Shown: piece after piece, positions 53,294-64,000 of the stretch
How the letters are laid out: every line of letters begins with the position of its first letter
Numbering within the stretch: the first letter of the stretch is position 1
Source: the human T2T-CHM13v2.0 reference genome, Homo sapiens
DNA length: 64,000 nucleotides
Strand: one strand, 5' to 3'
Assembly (NCBI RefSeq): GCF_009914755.1
Contig: NC_060941.1
The notes under the pieces: generated by a model
The model's input: only the letters and a program-made list of their open reading frames with translations
The model's database searches: none
What the model was told of the DNA's origin: nothing
Program-made: the position numbers and the translations under genes

Positions 53294-56200
53294 TTAACTC
53301 CCACTTATAAGTGAGAACATGCAGTGTTTGGTTTTCTGTTCCTGTGTTAGTTTGCTGAGAATGATGGTTTCCAGCTTCATCCATGTCTCAGCAAAGGGCA
53401 TGAACTCATCTTTTTTTATGGCTGCATAGTATTCCATGGTGTATATGTGCGATATTTTCTTTATCCAGTCTATCATTGATGGGCATTTCGATTGGTTCCA
53501 AGTCTTTGCTATTGTGAACAGTGCTGCAGTAAACATATGTGTATATGTGTCTTTATAGTAGAATGATTTATAATCCTTTGGGTATATACGCAGTAATGGG
53601 ATTGCTGGGTCAAATGATATTTCTGGTTCTAGATCCTTCAGGAATAGGCACACTGTCTTCCACAATAGTTGACCCAATTTACACTCCCACCAACAGTGTA
53701 AAAGTGTTCCTATTTCTTCATATCCTCTCCAGCATCTGTTGTTTCCTGACTTTTTAATGATTGCCATTCTAACTGGCGTGAGATGGTATCTCATTGTGGT
53801 TTTGATTTGCATTTCTCTAATGACCAGTGGTGATGAGCTTTTTTTCATATGTTTTTTGACCGCATAAATGTCTTCCTTTGAGAAGTGCCTGTTCATATCC
53901 TTTGCCCACTTTTTGATAGGGTTGTTTGTTTTTTTCTTGTAAATTTGTTTAAGTTCTTTGTAGATTCTGGGTATTAAATGCCCTTCATCAGATGGATAGA
54001 TTGGAAAAATGTTCTCCCATTCTGCAGGTTGTCTGTTCACTCTGATGATAGTTTCTTTTGCTGTGCAGAAGCTCTTTAGTTTAATTAGATTCCATTTGTC
54101 AATTTTGGCTTTTGTTGCCATTGTTTTTGGTGTTTTAGTCATGAAGTCTTTGCCCATTCCCTTGTCCTGAATGGTATTGTCTAGGTTTTCTTCTAGGATT
54201 TTTATGATTTTATGTCTTATATTTAAGTCTTTAATCCATCTTGAATTAATTTTTGTATAAGGTGTAAGGAAGGGATCCAGTTTCAGTTTTCTACATATGG
54301 CTAGCCAGTTTTCCCAACACCGTTTATTAAATAGGGAATCCTTTCTCCATTGCTTGTTTTTGTCAGGTTTGTCAAAAATCAGATGGTTGTAGTGTATAGC
54401 ATTATTTTTGAGACCTCTGTTCTGTTCCATTGGTCTATATATCTCTTTTGGTACCAGTATTATGCTGTTTTGGTTACTGTGGCCTTGTAGTATAGTTTGA
54501 AGTCAGGTAGCATGATGCCTCCAGTTTTGTTTTTTTTTTTTTTGCTTAGGATTGTCTTGGCTGTATGGGCTCTTTTTTGGTTCCATATGAAATTTAAAGT
54601 AGTTTTTTTCTAATTCTGTGAAGAAAGTCAATGGTAGCTTGATGGGGATAGCATTGAATCTATAAGTTACTTTGTGCAGTATGGCCATTTTCACAGTATT
54701 GATTCTCCTATCCATGAGCATGGAATGTTTTTCCATTTGTTTGTGTCCTCTAATTTCCTTGAGCAGTTTGTAGTTTTCCTTGAACAGGCCCTTCACCTCC
54801 ATTGTAAGTTGTAGTCTTAGGTATTTTATTCTCTTTGTAGCAATTGTGAATGGGACTTCACTTATGTTGCAGCTCTCTGTTTGTCTATTATTGGTGTATA
54901 GGAATGCTTGTGATTTTTGCACATTGATTTTGTATCCTGAGACTGCTGAAGTTGCTTATCAGCTTGAGGAGATTTTTTGGCTGAGACAGTGGGGTTTTCT
55001 AAATATACAATCATGTCATTTGCAAACAGAGACAATTTGACTTCCTCTATTCCTATTCGAATACCCTTTATTTCTTTCTCTTGCCTGATTTTCCTAGCCA
55101 GAATTTCCAATATTATGTTGAATGGGGTGGTGAGAGACAGCATCCTTGTCTTGTGCCAGTTTTCAAAGGAAATGCTTCCAGCTTTTGCCCATTCAGTATG
55201 ATATTGGCTGTGGGTCTGTCATAAATAGCTTTTATGATTTTGAGATATGATCCATCAATACCTAGTTTATTGGGAGTTTTTAGCATGAATGGGTGTTGAA
55301 TTTTATGGAAGGCCTTTTCTCTATCTATGGAGATAATCATGTGGTTTTTGTCATTGATTCTGTTTATGTGATGGATTACATTTATTGATTTGTGTATGTT
55401 GAACCAGCCTTGCATCCCAGGGATGAAGCTGACTTTATCGTGGTGGATAAGCTTTTTGATGTGCTGCTGGATCCGGTTTGCTAATATTTTATTGAGGATT
55501 TTTGCATTGTCGTTCATCAGGGATATTGGCCTTAAATTTTTTTGTTGTTGTTGTGTCTCTGCCAGGTTTTGGTATCAGGATGATGCTGGCCTCATAAAAT
55601 GAGTTAGGGAGGAGTCCCTCTTTTTCTTTTGTTTGGGATAGTTTCAGAAGGAATGGTACCAGCTCCTCTTTGTACCTCTGGTAGAATTTGGCTGTGAATC
55701 TGTCTGGTTCTGGGCTTTTTTTGGTTGGTAGGCTGTTAATTACTGCCTCAATTTCAGAACTTGTTATTGGTTTACTCAGGGATTCAACTTCTTCCTGGTT
55801 TAGACTTGGAAGGGTGTACATGTCCAGGAATTTATCCATTTCTTCTAGATTTTCTAGTTTATATGCGTAGAGGTGTTTATAGTATTCTCTCATGGTAGTT
55901 TGTATTTATGTGGGATCAGTGATGGTATCCCCTTTATCATTTTTTGTTGTGTCTATTTGATTCTTCTCTCTTCTTTATTAGTCTGGCTAGTGGTCTATCT
56001 ATTTTGTTAATCTTCTCAGAAAAACAGCTCCTGGATTCATTGATTTTTTGAAGGGTTTTTCGTGTCTCTATCTCCTTCAGTTCTGCTCTGATCTTAGTTA
56101 TTTCTTGTCTTCTGCTAGATTTTGAATTTGTTTGCTCTTGCTTCTCTAGTTCTTTTAATTGTGATGTTAGGGTGTCAATTTTAGATCTTTCCTGCTTTCT

Positions 56201-57457
56201 CCTGTGGGCATTTAGTGCTATAAATTTTCCTCTAAACACTGCTTTAGCTATGTCCTAGAGATTCTGGTACGTTTTGTCTTTGTTGTCATTGGTTTCAAAT
56301 AACGTATTTATTTCTGCCTTAATTTCATTATTTACCCAATAGTCATCCAGGGGCAGGTTGTTCAGCTTCCATGTAGTTGTGCAATTTCAAGTGAATTTCT
56401 TAATCCTGAGTTCTTTCTTTTCTTTTCTTTTTTTTTTTTTTGAGATGGAGTCTCACTCTGTCGCCCAGGCTGGAGTGCAGTGGCGCAATCTCAGCTCACT
56501 GCAAGCTCTGCCTTCCGGGTTCATACACCATTCTCCTGCCTCAGCCTCCCAAGTAGCTGGGACGACAGGCACCCGCCACCACACCCAGCTAATATTTTTT
56601 TTTTTTTGTATTTTTAGTAGAGATGGGGTTTCACTGTGTTAGCCCGGATGATCTCGATCTCCGGACCCCGTTATCCACCAGCCTTGGCCTCCCAAAGTGC
56701 TGGGATTACAGGCATGAGCCACCGCACCTGGCCTCTTAATCCTGAGTTCTAATTTGATTGCACTGTGGTCTGAGAGACTGTTTGTTATGATTTCCATTCT
56801 TTTGCATTTGCTGAGGAGTGTTTTACTTCTGTTTATGTGGTCCATTTTAGAATAAGTGCAATGTGTTGCCGAGAATAATGTATATTCTGTTGATTTGGGG
56901 TGGAGAGTTCTGTAGATGTCTGTTAGGTCTGCTTAGTCCAGAGCTGAGTTCAAGTCCTGAATATCCTTCTGAATTTTCTGTCTTATTGATCTTCTGATAT
57001 TGAGAGTGGGATGTTAAAGTCTCCCACTGTTATTGTGTGGGAGTCTAAGTCTCTTTGTAGGTCTCTAAGAACTTGCTTTATGAGTCTGGGTGCTCCTGTA
57101 TTGGGTGCATATATATTTAGGATAGTTAGCTCTTCTTGTTGCATTGATCCCTTTACCATTATATAATGCCCTTCTTTGTCTTTTTTGATATTTGTTAGTT
57201 TAAAGTCTGTTTTATCAGAGACTAGGATTGCAACCCCTGCTTTTTTTTTTTTTGCTTTCCATTTGCTTGGTAAATATTCCTCCATCCCTTTATTTTGAGC
57301 CTATGTGTGTCTTTGCACTTGATATGGGTCTCCTGAATGCAGCACACTGATGGATCTTGACTCTTTATCCAATTTGCCCACCTTTGTCTTTTAATTGGGC
57401 ATTTAGCCTGTTTACATTTAAGGTTAATATTGTTATGTTTGAATTTGATCTTGTCAT
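53294..57457 (-). pseudogene. Disrupted L1 ORF2 (endonuclease/reverse transcriptase)
   Basis: EN (NIYAPN, VGDFN), RT (GTRQG, LFANDM in place of FADD) and C-terminal fragments broken by frameshifts and an AluY insertion. Confidence 0.92.
56415..56733 (-). mobile_element. AluY nested in L1 ORF2
   Basis: Perfect 17-bp TSD tcttaatcctgagttct at 56398-56414 and 56734-56750; gcaagctc and tgtgttagc diagnostics. Confidence 0.95.
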
Positions 57458-57520
57458 TATGATGCTAGCTGGTTATTTAGCCTGTTAGTTGATGCAGTTT
57501 CTTCATAGTGTCAATGGTCT

Positions 57521-58520
57521 TTACAATTTGGTATGTTTTTGCAGTGGCTGGTACCGATTTTTCTTTTCCATATTTAGTGCTTCCTTCAAGAGCTCTTGTA
57601 AGGCAGGCCTGGTAGTGACAAAACCTCTCAGCATTTGCTTGTCTGTAAAGGATTTTATTTCTTCTTCACTTATGATGCTTAGTTTGGCTGGATATGAAAT
57701 TCTGGGTTGAAAATTCTTTTCTTTAAGCATGTTGAATATTGGTCCCCACTCTCTTCTGGCTTGTAGTCTGATGGGCTTCGCTTTGTGGGTTACCTGACCT
57801 TTTCTCTCTGGCTGCCCTTAACATTGTTTCCTTCATTTCAACCTTGGTGAATCTGACAATTATGTGTCTTGGGGTTGCTCTTCTTGAGGAGTATCTTTGT
57901 GGTGTTCTCTGTATTTCCTGAATTTGAATGTTGTCCTGTCTTGCTAGGTTGGGGAAGTTCTCCTGGATAATATCCTGAAGAGTATTTTCCAACTTGGTTC
58001 CATTCTCCCTGTCACTTTCAGGTACACCAATCAAACATAGGTTTGGTCTTTTTACATAGTCCCATATTTCTTGGAGGCTTTCTTCATTCCTTTTCATTCT
58101 TTCTTCTCTAATCTTGTCATCATGCTTTATTTCATTAAGTTGATCTTCAATCTCTGATATCCTTTCTTCCGCTTTATCGATTTGGCTATCGATACTCATG
58201 TATGCTTCATGAAGTTCTCGTGCTGTGTTTTTCAGCTCCATCAGGTCATTTATGTTCTTCTCTCAACTGGTTATTCTAGTTAGCAATTCCTCTAACCTTT
58301 TTTCAAGGTTCTTAGCTTCCTTGTATTAGGTTACAACATGCTCCTTTAGCTCAAAGGAGTTTGTTATTACCCACCTTCTGAAGCCTACTTCTGTCAATTC
58401 ATCAAACTCATTCTCCATCCAGTTTTGTTCCCTTGCTGGTGAGGAGTTGTGATCCTTTGGAGGATAAGAAGCATTCTGGTTTTTGGAATTTTCAGCCTTT
58501 TTGCACTGGTTTTTCCACGT
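57521..58520 (-). pseudogene. Disrupted L1 ORF1 (ORF1p)
   Basis: Fragments IWDYVKRPNL.LIGVPE, TPRHIIVRF, FQPRISYPAKLS, RPALQELLKE in different frames; start ATG appears mutated. Confidence 0.9.
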
Positions 58521-59808
58521 CTTCGTTTGATGTTGGTGACCTTCGGTTGGGGTTTCTGTATGGATATCCTTTTTGTTGGTGTTGATGCTATTCCTTTCTG
58601 TTCGTTAGTTTTCCTTCTAACAGTCAGGCCCCTGTGCTGCAGGTCTGCTAGGATTTGCTGGAGGTCCACTCCAGACCCTATTTGCCTGGGTATCACCAGC
58701 GGAGGCTGCAGAACAACAAAGATTGCTGCCTGTTCCTTCCCTGGAAGCTTTGTCCCAGAGGGGTACCTGCCAGATGCCAGCAGGAGCTCTCCTGTATGAG
58801 GTGTCTCTTGACCCCTTCCGGGAGGTGTCTCCCTGTCAGGAAGCACAGAGGTCAGGGATCCACTTGAGGATGCAGTATGTCCCTTAGTAGAGCTCAAGCG
58901 CTGTGCTGGGAGATCCGCTGCGCTCTTCAGAGCCAGCAGGCAGGAACATTTAAGTCTGCTGAAGCTGTGGCCACAGCAGTCCCTTCCCCCAGGTGCTGTG
59001 TCCCAGGGAGATGGGAGTTTTATCTATAAGCCCCTGACTGGGGCTGCTGCCTTTCTTTCAGAGATGCCCTGCCCAGAGAGGAGGAATCCAGAGAGGCAGT
59101 CTGGCTACAGTGGCTTTGCCCACCTGTGCCAGTTCGAACTTCCTGGCAGCTTTGTTTACACTCTGAGGGGAAAACCACCTACTCAAGCCTCAGTAATGGT
59201 GGACGCCCCTCCCCCAGCAAGCTCCAGCATCCCAGGTCAACTTCAGACTGCTGGGCTGGCAGCAAGAATTTCAAGCCAATGGATCTTAGCTTGCTGGGCT
59301 CCGTGGGAGTGGGATCCACTGAGCTAGACCCCTTGGCTCCCTGGCTTCAGCTCCCTTTCCAGGGGAGTGAACAGTTCTGTCTCACTGGTGTTCCAGCCGC
59401 CATTGGGGTGTGAAAAAAAACTCCTGCAGCTAGCTCAGTGTCTGCCCAAATGGCTGCCCAGTTTTGTGCTTGAAACCCTGGACCCTCGTGATGTAGGCAC
59501 CTGAGGTAATCTCCTGGTCTGTGGGTTGCGAAGACTGTGGGAAAAGCATAGTATCTGGGCTGGAATGCACCGTTCCTCACGGCACAGTCCCTCGTGGCTT
59601 TCCTTGGATAGGGGAGGGAGTTCCCTGACCCCTTGCACTTCCTGGGTAAGGCGACGACCCACCCTGCTTCTGCTCACCCTCCATGGGCTGCACCCACTGT
59701 CTAGCCAGTCCCAATGAGATAAGCTGGGTACCTCAGTTGGAAATGCAGAAATCACCTGCCTTCTGCATTGATCTCGCTGGGAGCTGCAGACCAGAGCTGT
59801 TCCTATTC

Positions 59809-59818
59809 GGCCATCTTG
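59809..59818 (-). promoter_or_regulatory. YY1 site of the L1 internal sense promoter
   Basis: CAAGATGGCC on the minus strand about 10 nt from the L1 5' end. Confidence 0.8.
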
Positions 59819-60468
59819 CCAGCCATCAGTTGTGAATTCTTTATACATGTTTTAATTCATTCCTAATTGCCCTGTTGGACATTACTGATAATAAAATGCC
59901 CCCAAAATTTGGCTTTATTTACATAACCTATCAGTAGAAAGTTGACAAAAATACATCCCCCATTGCTTTTACTGTCGATTTCAGATTGATAGTATTATTT
60001 TAATCTAAACTAATGCAAATAAAGGTATTTCAATTCATAATGTAATTATTTATGAATTAGGAAATTACATGCTTGTTGATTTGAAACCTTCATTTTTTAA
60101 AAGTGAATTGAAAAATGCTTAATTACCATGTGTATTGCCTAAGACTATTATTCGTCTTTTAAATTTTATTAACACTTTTGAGATATTGATTTTTAAAATA
60201 AACTCACTTTTTCAGAATAGTTGAGCAAAGGACTATTCAGGTTATTTGACTATTCTGGTTGTCTATCATATATGCCATATATACATTACAAATTTTCAAA
60301 AAATGTCAAGTATTCATTAATATTAATTATTAATATTTATTGATTTATTGCTGTGTACAAGGCACTATGATTGGTATGATAGTAGATACAAAGATGAATC
60401 AGATACACACCCTGACTTCAAGGATCTATCCATTTACAATGAGAATTAAAACTTCTATATAAGTATAA

Positions 60469-61348
<880 letters not shown>

Positions 61349-61539
61349 GAGAGTTAGGAGGAAGACGTCTTGGGGAGGGGATGGGCCTTGGAGGATAGAT
61401 AGAATGTGTGCTTGTGGAAGTGGGAGGAGGAATTCAGGGAATTACATTCCAGATGGAAGGGATAATGTAAATGACAGAGGCTAACAACTGAGGTGGGGGA
61501 TATATGAACAATAAGGAAAGTTAGTTTGCTGACAGCTGA

Positions 61540-61757
61540 ATTCTGTAAACTTTTTTTCTGTAAAGAACCAAGTAGTAACTATTTTAGGCCTTGTAGCCGT
61601 ATTTTCTCTGTTGTAACTATTCAACTCTGCCATTGTAGCATGAAAGCAGCCATAGATAATAAGTAAACAAAGGTGTAGTGTTCCAATAAAACTTTGATTC
61701 TAAGAATAGGCGGCAGTCCAGATTTGGCCCATGGCTATAGTTTTTTCAAGTCCTAGC
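61540..61757. mobile_element. MER58A-like hAT MITE
   Basis: aaacttttttctgtaaag...tcaactctgccattgtagc..aaagcagccataga...gttccaataaaacttt...gatttggccc. Confidence 0.85.
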
Positions 61758-62365
61758 CTAGCACATAAATAATATTTTTAAAAGTAATGGTAAATAAGTC
61801 AGGACTTGGTTATAGACTGTCTTAAATACATAGCAAAATGTTCTGGAGATTGTTTTTAGTAGACAGTAAAGAGCCAGTGATGGACTTTCAGCAAGAAATG
61901 AGTAGACTCATAACTGTACTTCAGGAAACGTTGCCTGGCTAGCACTAGGGTGTAAGGTAAAGAAGGGGGAGCAGCAGTGTGAATAGGGAAGCTTTAACAC
62001 TGGTATAGATGCAGGTAATGGGAGCTTAAACTAGAATAGTGAAGAGGAAGGAAAATGGCACAGTAACTTCCTAACTTGTCACCCTACTTCCAGATTTCCC
62101 TACAGTCTATTCTCTAGTAGCCTTCAATACATAAATTAGACCATGTCACTCCCCTGGTCAAAACTCTCCAATCATTTCCAATTACACTTAGAGTAAGATC
62201 CAAACTCTTTACCATTCCTTATGAAGACCTTCCTTTTTGGCCCTAACTAGCTGTCTAACCTCATTTTCTACCACTCTTCCCCTGCTGACTATATACCAGT
62301 CATATTAGTGTTTTTGTAGTTCTTTAAACATGTCAAACTACCTCAAGACCTTTGCATTTGATATT

Positions 62366-62783
62366 TGATATAGTTTGGATATTTGTCCCCCCAGATCTCA
62401 TGTTGAAATGTAATCCCCAATGTTGGAGGTGGGGCCTGGTGGGAGGTGATTGGATCATGAGAGTGGATTCCTCCTGAATGGGTTAACGCCATCCCGTTGG
62501 TGCTGTCCTCATGAGAGTACCTGAGTTCACAAGAGATCTGGTTGTTTAAAAGTGTGCAGCACCTCCCCCAACCTTATTCATGGGCTGGCTGTGTGACATA
62601 CCTGCTCCTGCTTTGCCTTCTGCCATAAGTAAAAGCTCCCTGAGGCCTCCCCAGAAGCCAAGCAGATGCTGGTGCCATGTTTGTATAGCCTACAGAATCA
62701 TGAGCCAATTAAACTTTTTTCTTTATTATAAATTTCCCAGCCTCAGGTATTCCTTTATAGCAACACAAGAATAGCCTAATACA
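62366..62783. mobile_element. MaLR solo LTR (MSTA/MSTB-like) inserted in L2
   Basis: TG..CA termini; ctcatgttgaaatgtaatccccaatgttggaggtggggcctggtgggaggtg signature. Confidence 0.9.
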
Positions 62784-62852
62784 CTGTTCCACCTGCCTGG
62801 AATGGTATTCCTTCAGACCTTCACAAGACTCACGCTTTCATTTTATTCAGGG

Positions 62853-63960
<1,108 letters not shown>

Positions 63961-64000
63961 ATACAATTTACTCGAACACCATTTTGAATGTCAATTTAAT

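Larger units (their letters stand above)
53080..59828 (-). mobile_element. Full-length, inactivated L1 (L1PA7-like)
   Basis: 5' end ggctggcaagatggccgaataggaacagctc (YY1 site intact), long 5' UTR, ORF1 and ORF2 fragments, 3' UTR, poly(A); degenerate TSD ttgtgaa(c/t)tct at 53067 and 59830. Confidence 0.96.

Noticed and set aside
53294-54430. 378-aa minus-strand ORF
   Set aside because: C-terminal part of L1 ORF2 from a disrupted element; no independent promoter or splice evidence.

Overview
Primate (human-like) genomic DNA lying entirely inside one + strand gene. I recognise the gene from its translated exons as STXBP4 (syntaxin-binding protein 4, Synip). Four consecutive coding exons (177, 117, 50 and 134 nt; 23844-32134) splice in frame with canonical GT-AG sites and encode the coiled-coil region. 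The last ends at ...LLDMD-(C), just before the C-terminal WW domain, whose exon I did not find here. The rest is intron, dominated by transposable elements: a full-length but inactivated L1PA7-like element with a nested AluY, a 5'-inverted L1PA3-like insertion, two truncated L1PA7/8-like copies, a near full-length Charlie5-type hAT transposon, many Alus, MaLR LTRs, Tigger/MER MITEs, MIRs and L2s. Nearly all long ORFs in the supplied track are L1/Alu-derived or AT-rich noise. I found no convincing new biological system. The best leads are: candidate WW-less intronic-polyadenylation isoforms; an L1 antisense promoter with altered splice donors pointing towards the WW exons; several atypical retrotransposition products (arm-permuted Alu, tail-less Alu, 22-nt ORF1 mini-inversion); and a possible AP-1/NRF2 enhancer. 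Repeat subfamily names come from remembered consensus sequences, and boundaries of old repeats are approximate.
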